From Actinomycetota bacterium (GTDB taxonomy: Bacteria; Actinomycetota; Acidimicrobiia; Acidimicrobiales; Acidimicrobilacustridaceae): 64,000 nt of DNA. The notes beneath the pieces were generated by a model. It was not told where the DNA came from and did no database searches. It was given only the letters and a program-made list of their open reading frames with translations. Made by a program: the position numbers and the translations under genes. The stretch spans positions 3,891 through 67,890 of the forward strand of contig SYBH01000145.1 of the NCBI GenBank assembly GCA_005787345.1, read 5' to 3'. Positions 1 to 9,890 of the stretch are shown piece after piece (the stretch's first letter is position 1; each line of letters begins with the position of its first letter).

Positions 1-1923
1 GCAGACGACGAACGCGGGAACGTCGGCAGACTTAGAACGTTCGGACCGCCAGGCGCGAAGTGCATCGAACAGCCGATGATCGGAAGCGTCGAGTGAATCG
101 GGATATTTGTCGGGGCGCTGGCGAGGGCCCTTCGAACTGCTTGATTTCGCCCTGGGCTTCGACGAACGAGTGGTGGTGCTCGATGGCTGACTCGGTACGA
201 TTGTGCCGTTGCCGACAGCAATCGGGTCGAGTCCGGCTTCGAGTGCTTCGCAAGCCGCTGCGTAGGTGTCGAGAAATTCCGAACGGTCGCGAGGGATGGA
301 GCGCTCACCAAAGGTGCGTGACTTGGCCCAGGTGCACAGGAGCTCTCGTTCCGCCCGAGTTGCAGCGACATAGAAGAGGCGACGTTCTTCGGCCCAAGCG
401 CCGGGAGTCTTTGCGTGACCAATGGGGACATAGCCCTGTTCGATGCCGGCCAAATGAACGATGGGCCACTCCAGGCCTTTGGCAGCGTGGAACGTGAGAA
501 GTTCGATGGCCTCGCCGTTGGGATCGGGTTGATCAGCGCGAGTGGTGGCGGTGAGCCACAAGAAAAATCCGTTGGCCGTTGGTGGTGATTCGATGGCCAT
601 ATAGTCGCGAGCCATCTGCACAAGTGCATCGAGATTGGCGCGACGTTCGGCCGCGCGATCGCTTTCGGATTCGTCGTCGACGACAACCGAAAGTGCGAGG
701 TCGTGGATGGCATCGGAGAACGGACGAGGCGTGCGGCGAAGATCGCCAAGTGCTGCTTTGATTTCGGGTTGATCGAGCAATGGCGTGGCGCCGCGCACAC
801 GGAACGGAATGCCCGCTGATTTCATTGCTTCTTCGATGATGGGCAGCTGCGCGTTCGTGCGCACGAGAACTGCTTGATTGGACCAACGAGCGCCAGGGCC
901 ATGGCGGTCGCGTGCGGCGCGCGCGATTGCGGCCGCTTCAGCGCGTTCGTCGGGCAACTCGCGAACCGACGGAACTCCGCCATCGGGCCGTGTGGCCGAC
1001 TGGGTGCCGTCGTGATCGACGCCGCGGCCGCCAACAAGTAAGGCGTTTGCTGCGGCAAGGATCTGAGGGCTTGATCGGTAGTTGTCGAGAAGACGAATGG
1101 TTTCACCGGCGGGAAAACGTTGCGGGAAGGTGCGGAGAAGGTCGGGGTCGGCGCCGTTCCATGAGTAGATGGCCTGATTTGGATCGCCGACGATGCAGAG
1201 GTCGTTGCGATCGCCCCGCCATGCTTCGAGCAGTGCGTGTTGCAGCGGATTGACGTCCTGAAACTCGTCGACAAAGAGATGGGCGAATCGCCATCGCTGT
1301 GATGCAGCAAACCCGTCGTCGGAAACCAGGTCGCGCTGGCAGACGCGCAACATGTCGTCGAAATCGATGAGGCGCTTCTGGCGACGCTGATCTTCGTAGC
1401 GGGCATAGACCGCGGCGGTGGCCTCGTAGGAGATTGGCGGTTTGCGCCCAGCGTTCTTTGCCGCTTCGGGGTAGGCCTCGGGCTCGACCATGCGGGCTTT
1501 GGCCCATTCGATCTCGGCGACGAAGTCGATACCGGGTGTGGACTTTTCAGCACCGGTGAGCAAGCCGATGACAAATCCCGCCTTGCGAGTCATGAGTTGT
1601 GGGGGAGTGATGTTGCGCTCAGCCCAGCGAGTGCGCAACTGCGCATAGGCAACGGAGTGGAAGGTGCCGGCCGCTACCTGTTCGCGAAGACCAAGTGAAC
1701 GGAGGCGCGCGGTGAGTTCGCCAGCAGCTTTGCGGGTGAATGTGAGGGCAAGAACATGACGTGGATCGAGATCGCCAGTGGCGGCGCGATAGGCGATACG
1801 GCGAGTGAGGACGCGGGTCTTTCCCGACCCAGCGCCAGCCAAGATGCACAGCGGTGAGGTCGGCGACGTGACTGCGAGGCGTTGCGCGTTATTCAGTCCG
1901 TCGAGAAGGGCGTCGGGATCCAC
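1..1923 (-). CDS. uvrD2: ATP-dependent DNA helicase UvrD2 with C-terminal HRDC domain (runs off the window edge)
   Basis: Absent from the ORF track (no stop in window). Manual translation from GTG 1923 gives MDPDALLDGLNNAQRLAV...LAGAGSGKTRVLTRRIAY...LALTFTRKAAGEL, then TFHAAKGLEW and EERRLFYVAATRA, and in-frame HRDC FDALRAWRSERSKSADVPAFVV near position 1. Confidence 0.93.
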   Translation of the reverse strand, partial: MDPDALLDGLNNAQRLAVTSPTSPLCILAGAGSGKTRVLTRRIAYRAATGDLDPRHVLALTFTRKAAGELTARLRSLGLREQVAAGTFHSVAYAQLRTRWAERNITPPQLMTRKAGFVIGLLTGAEKSTPGIDFVAEIEWAKARMVEPEAYPEAAKNAGRKPPISYEATAAVYARYEDQRRQKRLIDFDDMLRVCQRDLVSDDGFAASQRWRFAHLFVDEFQDVNPLQHALLEAWRGDRNDLCIVGDPNQAIYSWNGADPDLLRTFPQRFPAGETIRLLDNYRSSPQILAAANALLVGGRGVDHDGTQSATRPDGGVPSVRELPDERAEAAAIARAARDRHGPGARWSNQAVLVRTNAQLPIIEEAMKSAGIPFRVRGATPLLDQPEIKAALGDLRRTPRPFSDAIHDLALSVVVDDESESDRAAERRANLDALVQMARDYMAIESPPTANGFFLWLTATTRADQPDPNGEAIELLTFHAAKGLEWPIVHLAGIEQGYVPIGHAKTPGAWAEERRLFYVAATRAERELLCTWAKSRTFGERSIPRDRSEFLDTYAAACEALEAGLDPIAVGNGTIVPSQPSSTTTRSSKPRAKSSSSKGPRQRPDKYPDSLDASDHRLFDALRAWRSERSKSADVPAFVVC

Positions 1924-1973
1924 CCGGGAGACCGTACTCACCGCCAGCGACAGTGCTGGGGGTACGGTTTGGA

Positions 1974-2612
1974 ATGCCATATCCCGAAGACGAACTGCAC
2001 GGAACCGAAGACCTCATCCTCGACCTTCACCCGCATTGGTGGTTCTTTGCCAAGTCGGCGGCGATGCTGGCGCTGGCCGTCATCTTGGCCATTGCCACGC
2101 TCAGCGTCTCATGGCTTTCCTGGGCAACGGTCCCAGTCGCCCTCTTCGTCTTCGCCACGCTGGTGTGGTTCGTACAGCGTTATATCCGCTGGGTGAGCAC
2201 CCATTTCGTCCTCACCTCTGATCGTGTGATTTTCCGCACGGGGATCATCGCCAAGCACGGCATCGAAATCCCTCTCGAACGAATCAACACGATCTTTTTC
2301 CACCAGCGAATTTTCGAGCGCATGCTCGGCTTGGGAAATCTTGAGATCGAATCAGCATCGAAAGATGGTGCGCAGCGATTCGAAGACATTCGCAATCCCA
2401 GCGCAGTGCAGAACGAGATCTACAAACAGATGGAAGCGAATGAGATCAAGGCGGCCGATCGAATTTCGGGTGGCATCAATCGCGCTCAGGGAGCGGCCGA
2501 GTCCGAGTCGATTCCCGATCAGATAGCGAAACTCAGTGCGTTACGCGACCAGGGCGTGTTGACCGAAGACGAGTTCCAAATGAAGAAGCAGGAACTGCTC
2601 GGCCGCATGTAA
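1974..2612 (+). CDS. Bacterial PH-domain membrane protein with C-terminal SHOCT domain
   Basis: Two N-terminal TM helices; bPH-like LTSDRVIFRTGII...EIPLERI...QRIFERMLGLG; SHOCT-like LSALRDQGVLTEDEFQMKKQELL. Start set at ATG 1974. Confidence 0.85.
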   Translation: MPYPEDELHGTEDLILDLHPHWWFFAKSAAMLALAVILAIATLSVSWLSWATVPVALFVFATLVWFVQRYIRWVSTHFVLTSDRVIFRTGIIAKHGIEIPLERINTIFFHQRIFERMLGLGNLEIESASKDGAQRFEDIRNPSAVQNEIYKQMEANEIKAADRISGGINRAQGAAESESIPDQIAKLSALRDQGVLTEDEFQMKKQELLGRM

Positions 2613-2623
2613 CGGGTCGGCGC

Positions 2624-3652
2624 CTAGTCCGTTGTTTGGCGGGCGCCGTCGGAGGGATGCACGATCCAACCCCGACCACTGATCGCGTTCGGATCGCTGA
2701 TTGCTCCGCGATCGCACAGTGCCACAACGCATCCGCCGAATCCGGCACCGGTGAGTCGTGACCCATAGACACCGGGCGTGGCGTTGAGACGGTCAACAAG
2801 TTCGTCAAGAACTGGTGTGGAGACGTCGAAGTCATCGCGTAGAGACGCGTGGCTCTCGATCATTAATTGGCCAACGTGAATCGGATCGTTCGACTGAAGG
2901 GCGATCGCCGCCTGTCGCACGCGTTCGCATTCGGTCGATACATGACGAGCTCGTCGAAGTGACTCGCCATCGAGCGTTTCAATATCGCGAGCGGACGCAG
3001 TAGCCAGTGGACCAATTTGTTCTGCCGCCAGTTCGCACGATGCTCGTCGTTCTGCATAGGCGGAGTCGGCGAGTTGACGTTCCTGTCCCGAATGGACGAT
3101 CCAGATGTCGAGATCTTCGGGGAATGCGATGTGTTCGATTGCATTGTCAGCGAAGTCGATGACCATCGCGTGGCCAGCGCGGCCGAACACGATGCTCAGT
3201 TGATCAAGAAGGCCACACCGGACCCCGACGGCGCGCAGTTCAGCGCGCTGACCGAGCAGAGCGAGGTCCATCGGCGATCCTGAAAATCCCAACGCCAGCG
3301 CGAGGGCGATCTCGAAGGCGGCGCTTGAGGACAGCCCGGCTCCAGCGGGGAGTGTGGAACTGATGTCACCGATGAATCCGGTCGTCCAACCACTTTCCTC
3401 GACGACCGCTGCGACGTAACGGCCCCAGAAGGGCTCAAGCGATCTGATGTCGATCACTGTCCCGAGATCAAAGGATGTGAGTCCATCCATAGATTCCGAT
3501 CGAAGTTCGATGAGTTCATGGTTTTGCTGGCCGCGAATCGTGATGCCGAGGTCGATTGCACAGGGCAACGCAAGACCGCCGGCGTAGTCGGTGTGATCGC
3601 CGATGAGGTTGACCCGCCCGGGAGCGAACACCGTGGTTTCGGTCATTGTCAT
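2624..3652 (-). CDS. galK: Galactokinase
   Basis: APGRVNLIGDHTDY, GHMP motif PAGAGLSSSAA, GSRLTGAGFGGC. Confidence 0.93.
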   Translation of the reverse strand: MTMTETTVFAPGRVNLIGDHTDYAGGLALPCAIDLGITIRGQQNHELIELRSESMDGLTSFDLGTVIDIRSLEPFWGRYVAAVVEESGWTTGFIGDISSTLPAGAGLSSSAAFEIALALALGFSGSPMDLALLGQRAELRAVGVRCGLLDQLSIVFGRAGHAMVIDFADNAIEHIAFPEDLDIWIVHSGQERQLADSAYAERRASCELAAEQIGPLATASARDIETLDGESLRRARHVSTECERVRQAAIALQSNDPIHVGQLMIESHASLRDDFDVSTPVLDELVDRLNATPGVYGSRLTGAGFGGCVVALCDRGAISDPNAISGRGWIVHPSDGARQTTD

Positions 3653-4539
3653 TTCGCGACGCGTAGTTGGGTTGCCGCTGTCACCGGCTCGATCGGGTTG
3701 AACCAGACGCCGCTGCCAAGTTCGCCGGCCGCCACGAATCGTTGCGTGCCAGATGAGCGAAGCAACGGTGCGATGTGAGCATGCACGCGAAGTGGTGTGC
3801 GCTCAACGTCGTCGAATGGTCGCTGGTGGAACCACATCATGAACGGCATCGGCGTGTCGAACAACGCGTCGAGGCGTCTGATGCAATCAATGAGGAGCGA
3901 CGCGAGATCGTTGCGCTCGCTGTTATTCAACGATGGGAGGTCGGGGACATCGGTCGAAGGCGCAAGTAAAAGCTCGTAGGGCCATGACGCGGCGAGAGGA
4001 ACCCACGCTGACCACTCGCCATGGGTGGCCACCATGACTTCGTCTGATGGAGCATCGAATGTTGTTGCTGACGTGTTGGCGTATTCGGTGGCAACAACTG
4101 GCGGAACGATGTCGAACGCATAGATCTGCCCGTGGGGGTGAGCAATTGTTGCGCCCACTTCTGGTCCGCGATTTTCAAAAACCAATACATACGAAACATC
4201 GTGACGCGCGCCCAGAGATGCGGAACGTTCGGCCCACAGATCCACAACACGCCGAGCGTGGCCGGGCGTGAGATCAGCAAAGGATGATTTGTGCTCAGAG
4301 GTGTAGAGAACGATTTCCGCTCGATCATTTTCAAACGGGGGCCATCGATTCGGGAAGGCAAGTACGTCATAGGGCCCGGGGGCTTCGACGCCACCGACGC
4401 AGAACGGACAGGCTTCAGATGGAAGGTTGGGCCGACCCTGGCGGGCTGGAACCATCCATGCGGGCGCGCCGCTGAGCGGGTCGATTCGATAGCCAGCCGT
4501 GGCAGCCAGCTCACTTTCGAAGGACTCAGTTCCACTCAT
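3649..4539 (-). CDS. galT: Galactose-1-phosphate uridylyltransferase
   Basis: CPFC, FENRGPEVGATIAHPHGQIYA (HPH nucleophile motif); overlaps galK by ATGA. Start 4539 follows a TACCGT -10 box. Confidence 0.92.
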   Translation of the reverse strand: MSGTESFESELAATAGYRIDPLSGAPAWMVPARQGRPNLPSEACPFCVGGVEAPGPYDVLAFPNRWPPFENDRAEIVLYTSEHKSSFADLTPGHARRVVDLWAERSASLGARHDVSYVLVFENRGPEVGATIAHPHGQIYAFDIVPPVVATEYANTSATTFDAPSDEVMVATHGEWSAWVPLAASWPYELLLAPSTDVPDLPSLNNSERNDLASLLIDCIRRLDALFDTPMPFMMWFHQRPFDDVERTPLRVHAHIAPLLRSSGTQRFVAAGELGSGVWFNPIEPVTAATQLRVAK

Positions 4540-4598
4540 GGATCGAACGGTAGTCGTGGTCGCTTGACCGCATCCCGGGTGGGGGCGAGGATTCTCCC

Positions 4599-5474
4599 AT
4601 GCGCGCACAAGCCAATGGCATCGAAATCGAATACGAAACTCTCGGCGATCCGTCCGACCCGCCGCTCTTGGTTGTTGCGGGGCTGGGTTGCCAACTCAAC
4701 TGGTGGAATCCGGATTTCTTGCAGGGTTTTGTCGACCGCGGCTTTTTTGTCGTTACCTTCGACAACCGAGACGTTGGCCTGTCAACGAAGATCGATACGC
4801 ACATCGATCTCATAGAAGCTATTGCTGGGTATCTCCAAGGCACGCCGATTGAGGCTCCGTATCAACTTTCAGACATGGCTGCTGATGCCTGGGGCCTTTG
4901 CGATGCGCTTGGTCTCGATCGGGTCAACCTCATTGGCGCCTCAATGGGCGGCATGATCGTTCAGCAAATGGCAATCGATCACCCAGAGCGTGTTGTCTCG
5001 CTCACATCGGTCATGTCGACGACAGGTGATCCCGATGTCGGCCAACCCACAGCGGAAGCTGTCAGTGTCTTGCTTGAACCCGCACCCACTGAGCGTGAAG
5101 CAAACTTGGCAAAGTCGCTTGAAGCAGGACGCCTGCTTGCCGGCCCGGTTTATTGCGACGAAGACTGGATTCTTGAGCGCAATGCAGCGCAGTTCGATCG
5201 TTGCTTCCACCCAGATGGACAAGCGGCGCAGCTGCTTGCCATCGTGACTTCGCCGCCGCGGTCTGAACGTCTGCGCGAGATCAATGTTCCTGCCCTTGTT
5301 GTTCACGGGACCATTGATCCGTTGGTGACGTTCAGTGGAGGCGAACGCACTGCTGAGTCTTTGCGGGGTAGCGAGTTTCTTGTCCTCGAAGACATGGGCC
5401 ACGATGTGCCCCGTCAATACTGGGCAACCATCATTGAGCACGTCACTGCGCTCGCCGCTCGGGCCAACGCGTAA
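4599..5474 (+). CDS. Alpha/beta hydrolase
   Basis: FDNRDVGLS, nucleophile [18 protein letters not shown]. Confidence 0.88.
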   Translation: MRAQANGIEIEYETLGDPSDPPLLVVAGLGCQLNWWNPDFLQGFVDRGFFVVTFDNRDVGLSTKIDTHIDLIEAIAGYLQGTPIEAPYQLSDMAADAWGLCDALGLDRVNLIGASMGGMIVQQMAIDHPERVVSLTSVMSTTGDPDVGQPTAEAVSVLLEPAPTEREANLAKSLEAGRLLAGPVYCDEDWILERNAAQFDRCFHPDGQAAQLLAIVTSPPRSERLREINVPALVVHGTIDPLVTFSGGERTAESLRGSEFLVLEDMGHDVPRQYWATIIEHVTALAARANA

Positions 5475-5506
5475 TCACTTTTCTTTCCACCTTTAGGAGC
5501 ACACTT

Positions 5507-6655
5507 ATGGGACCTCTCGCGGGCGTTCGCATCGTTGAGATTGCAGGAATCGGGCCGGGGCCTTTTGCGGCGATGATGCTGGCTGACATGGGCGCCGACA
5601 TCATTCGTGTCGATCGCGCTGGGCAGGTCTACGGCGGCGATCCCACCACGCCGCCGAAGGATGTCATGAACCGTGGTCGTCGATCCATTGGTGTCGATCT
5701 CAAGAACCCCGAGGGTGTCGAGACGGTGCTTGGTCTCGTCGAAAAGGCCGATGCACTTATTGAAGGTTTCCGCCCCGGCGTTACCGAACGTCTCGGCATC
5801 GGTCCCGATGCGTGTTTGGCTCGGAATCCGAAACTTGTCTACGGACGCATGACTGGTTGGGGTCAAGACGGCCCTATGGCGCAAATGGCCGGCCACGACA
5901 TGAACTACATCGCCATTGGTGGAGCGCTTGGAGCAATCGGTCGTCCCGATGAGCGCCCGCAACCGCCATTGAACTTGGTAGGAGACTTCGGCGGCGGCGG
6001 CATGCTGCTTGCGTTTGGTATTGCGTGCGGAATCATCGAAGCGCGTTTGTCGGGTAAGGGCCAGGTTGTCGATGCCGCCATGGTTGACGGCACTGCAGTG
6101 CTCACGACGTTCATGCATGGCTTTATGGCGATGGGTCTCTGGAGCGACGAGCGCGGGGTGAACATGCTCGACACCGGGGCGCATTACTACGAGGTCTACG
6201 AATGCTCCGATGGCAAGTTTCTTTCCGTTGCTGCAATCGAACCGCAGTTCTATGCCGAACTTCTTGAGAAGACCGGTTTGGCCGGCGACGAGGAATTCGC
6301 GAAGCAGAACGATCGCTCAATGTGGCCACATCTCAAGGAACGTCTTGCTGCGGTGATCGCGACCAAGACTCGTGACGAATGGGCCGTCATCTTCGACGGA
6401 TCCGATGCCTGTGTTGCTCCAATTCTTTCTCTTGTTGAATCAACGACGAACGCACACACCGTTGCTCGCAAAACATTCGTTGAAAACGCAGGTGTGGTGC
6501 AGCCTGCGCCAGCCCCGCGGTTTTCGCGCACCGAAGTGGGCATTCAGCGTCCGCCTTCGCATCCCGGCCAGCACACTGATCAAGTGCTGAAGGAATGGGG
6601 CGTTGCTGACGATGCACGATTGGCGGCACTCCGAGCCGAAGGAGCAATCGCCTGA
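5507..6655 (+). CDS. CaiB/BaiF class III CoA-transferase (alpha-methylacyl-CoA racemase-like)
   Basis: [45 protein letters not shown]; SD AGGAG upstream. Confidence 0.92.
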   Translation: MGPLAGVRIVEIAGIGPGPFAAMMLADMGADIIRVDRAGQVYGGDPTTPPKDVMNRGRRSIGVDLKNPEGVETVLGLVEKADALIEGFRPGVTERLGIGPDACLARNPKLVYGRMTGWGQDGPMAQMAGHDMNYIAIGGALGAIGRPDERPQPPLNLVGDFGGGGMLLAFGIACGIIEARLSGKGQVVDAAMVDGTAVLTTFMHGFMAMGLWSDERGVNMLDTGAHYYEVYECSDGKFLSVAAIEPQFYAELLEKTGLAGDEEFAKQNDRSMWPHLKERLAAVIATKTRDEWAVIFDGSDACVAPILSLVESTTNAHTVARKTFVENAGVVQPAPAPRFSRTEVGIQRPPSHPGQHTDQVLKEWGVADDARLAALRAEGAIA

Positions 6656-7488
6656 TGGCAACGCTTGTGTGTTTTCACGCCCATCCCGATGATGAGTCGA
6701 TCGCCACTGGCGGTTTGATGACTATTGCGAAGCGAGATGGTCATCAGGTGGTTCTCGTTGTAGCCACTCGTGGTGAACAAGGCGAACCGGAGCCCGGCGT
6801 TCTGAACGATGGCGAGCCACTGTGGGAGCGCCGTGTCGTCGAAACTCATCAGGCCGCTGAGATCATGGGTCTCGACCGTGTTGAGTTCCTTGGTTACGAA
6901 GACAGCGGAATGATTGGTGAGCCGACTAACGAAAACCCCTTGTGCTTCTGGCAGGCAGATGTCGAAGAGGCCTCGCAGCGTCTCGCCGCAATTCTGCGCG
7001 ACGTCGATGCAGACGTTCTCACCATCTACGACTCTCACGGCGGTTACGGCCATCCTGATCACATCCAGGTGCATCGCGTGGGAAAGCGCGCTGCTGAAAT
7101 CGCTGGCATCGATCGTGTCTTTCAATCAACGATGAATCGCGATCGCATCATGAAACAAATGGCAGAGAATGCGTCGCTCTTTGAAAATGAAGTTGAAGGC
7201 GAACTCGAGGGCGAGACCGTTGAACAGATGCGTAAGCGTGCTGAAGCTGCCGACCGTGGAGAATTCGGTTCACCCGAAGCGGTCATCACCCACGCAGTTG
7301 ACGTCGCCAATGTTGTCGATGTGAAGAAAGCCGCTATGGCAGCCCATCGCAGTCAGATCGGGCCTGATTCCTTTTTCTTCAAAATGCCAGACGAGGTTTT
7401 CGCTGCAGCATTCGGCACGGAATGGTTCATCGCCCTTGAAAGCAGCCGCGCCGAGGGCGAACCCTTCGGCACATCACTTTTCGTCTGA
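6655..7488 (+). CDS. PIG-L family zinc deacetylase (MshB/Mca-like)
   Basis: HAHPDDE and YGHPDHIQVH motifs; TGATG coupling to the upstream gene. Confidence 0.88.
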   Translation: MATLVCFHAHPDDESIATGGLMTIAKRDGHQVVLVVATRGEQGEPEPGVLNDGEPLWERRVVETHQAAEIMGLDRVEFLGYEDSGMIGEPTNENPLCFWQADVEEASQRLAAILRDVDADVLTIYDSHGGYGHPDHIQVHRVGKRAAEIAGIDRVFQSTMNRDRIMKQMAENASLFENEVEGELEGETVEQMRKRAEAADRGEFGSPEAVITHAVDVANVVDVKKAAMAAHRSQIGPDSFFFKMPDEVFAAAFGTEWFIALESSRAEGEPFGTSLFV

Positions 7489-7492
7489 ACTC

Positions 7493-7792
7493 TTAGTCGT
7501 TGAAGTCGAACTGCACAACGGTGCGTGAATCGAGATAGGGAGCGATGTGCGTCTGAATGATTCGGGCGTGTTCATCGTTGTCGCGATAGACGAGGTAGCC
7601 CTCCGCATTGTCGAACTCGGCCATAACGGCGAAGTCATAGTTTCCTTCGTTGATGCCAGCATCGCTGCCGTAGGCATAGCGCCGAAGGCTAGGAAGTAGT
7701 GCGGGCAAACCAGAAAGCGCATCTTCGAGAGCCGCGACGTGTTCGGGTGAGGACTGGGAATTCCAACGAAAGTTCACAACGTGACGAAACAT
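7493..7792 (-). CDS. Dabb (stress-responsive A/B barrel) protein
   Basis: MFRHVVNFRW...YDFAVMAEFD...Y...H...VVQF pattern, 99 aa. Confidence 0.85.
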   Translation of the reverse strand: MFRHVVNFRWNSQSSPEHVAALEDALSGLPALLPSLRRYAYGSDAGINEGNYDFAVMAEFDNAEGYLVYRDNDEHARIIQTHIAPYLDSRTVVQFDFND

Positions 7793-7831
7793 GGCGCCAC
7801 GCTACCGCTGCGCTTGAAGGTCGTGGTTGCG

Positions 7832-8143
7832 TTACTGGTTTGGTTCGAGTCCGTCTGCGGGTATGAGTCCACTTAGGTCGCCGCCGCCACGAAAGACATG
7901 TCGATTTTGATCGGATCGCACAACGAGTGCATCGCCGGAAAGAGTCCGGCTTTCGACAACGTCAACCATCTCTAAGAACACTGGCTCCTGCGGGAATGGG
8001 TCCATCAAGAGCGTGAAAGCGACGCACTCCCAATCGAGGCGATCGGTTTCGGGTCGACGCACAACGACAAGGTCGGCTGAGAGCAGTGGCACTTCTTCGC
8101 CGTTCACGGTCATCGACTCGAGCGTGACGTTGATTGATTTCAT
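7832..8143 (-). CDS. Hypothetical beta-rich protein coupled to map
   Basis: 103-aa ORF starting 1 nt after the map stop; protein-like composition. Confidence 0.7.
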   Translation of the reverse strand: MKSINVTLESMTVNGEEVPLLSADLVVVRRPETDRLDWECVAFTLLMDPFPQEPVFLEMVDVVESRTLSGDALVVRSDQNRHVFRGGGDLSGLIPADGLEPNQ

Positions 8144-8144
8144 G

Positions 8145-9065
8145 TCAGGCAGTGGCCGTAAGAATCTCGACGCCAGTGCTGGTCACCACAATCGTGTGCT
8201 CGAACTGTGCGGTTCGACTGCCATCGGCGGTAACTGCCGTCCAGTCGTCGTCCCAGATCTTGTGCTGGCCCGTGCCCATCGAAATCATTGGCTCAATCGT
8301 GAAGACCATGCCCGGTTCCATGATCGTGGTCATTCGGGGTTCGTAATAGTGGGGAATCTGCAGGTCGGTGTGAAATTGCTCGCCGATTCCGTGGCCCACA
8401 AAGGCGCGCACAACTTCATAACCGTTTGCCACTGCATGCGTTTCAATGGCTCGGCCGATGTCGGAGAACGGACGACCGGGCGCCACAGCGGCGATGCCGC
8501 GATCAAGACATTGGCGGGTGACTTCGATGAGACGCTTTGAGGCGTCGTCGACGTTGCCAACGCAATAGGTGGCATTGGTATCGCCGTGCACGCCATCGAG
8601 CCAGATAGTGACGTCGAGATTCACGATGTCGCCATCGCGCAGTGGCCGATCATCGGGGATGCCGTGACAAATAACTTCGTTGACCGATGTGCAGAGCGAT
8701 TTCGGATAGCCCCGATAATTGAGCGTGCTCGGGTAACCGCCACGATCGATATAGGCCTGATGTACAACTGCGTCGATTTCGTCGGTGGTCACGCCAGGGG
8801 CGATGACGGCAGCGCCAATTTCGAGGACCTCGGCTGCGGCATGGCCGGCTCGACGCATGCGCTCGATGAAGGCAGCGTCTTTGATGCGCTCCTCGGGACG
8901 ACGAGTGACGTTCCCGGTCTCTGCGTACTCGGGGCGGGGGATCTCAGCCGGCACCGTGCGCATGGGACTGATGAGTCCCGGTTGGAGTTGCTCCTTGGCA
9001 TCGCGGTGGCAGCGTTTGAATTTCTGCCCACTGCCACACCAACACGGATCGTTTGCCTTCAGCAC
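8145..9065 (-). CDS. map: Type I methionine aminopeptidase with N-terminal SEC-C motif
   Basis: CTSVNEVICHGIPD, GDIVNLDVT, HGDT, GHGIG, FTIEPM, AQFEHT; N-terminal NDPCWCGSGQKFKRCH. Confidence 0.95.
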   Translation of the reverse strand: MLKANDPCWCGSGQKFKRCHRDAKEQLQPGLISPMRTVPAEIPRPEYAETGNVTRRPEERIKDAAFIERMRRAGHAAAEVLEIGAAVIAPGVTTDEIDAVVHQAYIDRGGYPSTLNYRGYPKSLCTSVNEVICHGIPDDRPLRDGDIVNLDVTIWLDGVHGDTNATYCVGNVDDASKRLIEVTRQCLDRGIAAVAPGRPFSDIGRAIETHAVANGYEVVRAFVGHGIGEQFHTDLQIPHYYEPRMTTIMEPGMVFTIEPMISMGTGQHKIWDDDWTAVTADGSRTAQFEHTIVVTSTGVEILTATA

Positions 9066-9128
9066 GGGACGAGTCTACGGGCGGGGTGGACTGGCGCGAC
9101 CGGCCCGGCGCGGCAACCATGAGGACTC

Positions 9129-9506
9129 ATGTCAATTATTCGCATTAATGCCATCACGGTTCCGGCCCAGGCCGGCGACGAGCTCGCCCACCGATTCGCT
9201 GCCCGCGCTGGTGCGGTCGATGGAGCCGATGGCTTTGAGGGCTTTGAACTACTCAAGCCCACCGATGGCCGTGACCAATGGCTGGTCATCACTCGCTGGC
9301 GTGATGAAGACGCATTCAATGCGTGGGTTGCATCACCGGCATTCGCCGATGGACATCGCAGCACCGAAGGCGCTCCAGCTGCAGGCGGACACCCCGGTGG
9401 CCATCCCGGTGGCCATCCCGGAGCCGGCGGCGGTGAACGCCCTGTGGGTATGGCTGCTGAAATTTGGGCCTACGAACCCGTTATCTCTGTCGATCCGTCA
9501 AAGTAA
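9129..9506 (+). CDS. mhuD: MhuD/IsdG-like heme-degrading monooxygenase (ABM family)
   Basis: IRINAITVP...ELAHRFAARAGAVD..DGFEGFELLKP...ITRW...AFNAW...H follows the MhuD pattern; SD GAGG upstream. Confidence 0.75.
   Translation: MSIIRINAITVPAQAGDELAHRFAARAGAVDGADGFEGFELLKPTDGRDQWLVITRWRDEDAFNAWVASPAFADGHRSTEGAPAAGGHPGGHPGGHPGAGGGERPVGMAAEIWAYEPVISVDPSK
9384..9419 (+). repeat. 12-bp tandem repeat x3 encoding (GGHP)3
   Basis: ggcggacacccc-ggtggccatccc-ggtggccatccc inside the MhuD-like gene. Confidence 0.9.
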
Positions 9507-9521
9507 CGCGAGAATCTCCCG

Positions 9522-9887
9522 ATGCTTCGAAGCATTCATGAGTCCTTTTCGTGGTTCGTCATCATCGGCAACGCTCTTGCCGGCAGTTGGGCGTTAGCGG
9601 CCAACTGGATTCAGCCACTGCGCACGCGCGCACTTTGGTGGTTCATCGTCATTGTTGAACTGAGCATCTTTGTGCAGGTTGGTATCGGGGTGGCCATGGT
9701 CGCCGGTCAGGGAATTAATGCGCCGCAGTTCCACATGTTCTATGGCTTTATTGCCATCATCGTTGTCGGCCTTATTTACAGCTACCGCCATCAGTTGTCG
9801 GAGAAGAAGTATCTGCTCTACGGATTCGGTGGATTGTTCCTGATGGGGCTCGGCATTCGAGCGATGTTGGTCGGCGCAGTCAGCTGA
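9522..9887 (+). CDS. Small 4-TM membrane protein
   Basis: 121 aa, four hydrophobic segments, His in SIHES and FHMFYG. Confidence 0.8.
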   Translation: MLRSIHESFSWFVIIGNALAGSWALAANWIQPLRTRALWWFIVIVELSIFVQVGIGVAMVAGQGINAPQFHMFYGFIAIIVVGLIYSYRHQLSEKKYLLYGFGGLFLMGLGIRAMLVGAVS

Positions 9888-9890
9888 GTT

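Noticed and set aside
822-1574. 250-aa minus-strand track ORF and nearby short ORFs
   Set aside because: Off-frame shadows of uvrD2, which is open from 1923 to the window edge.
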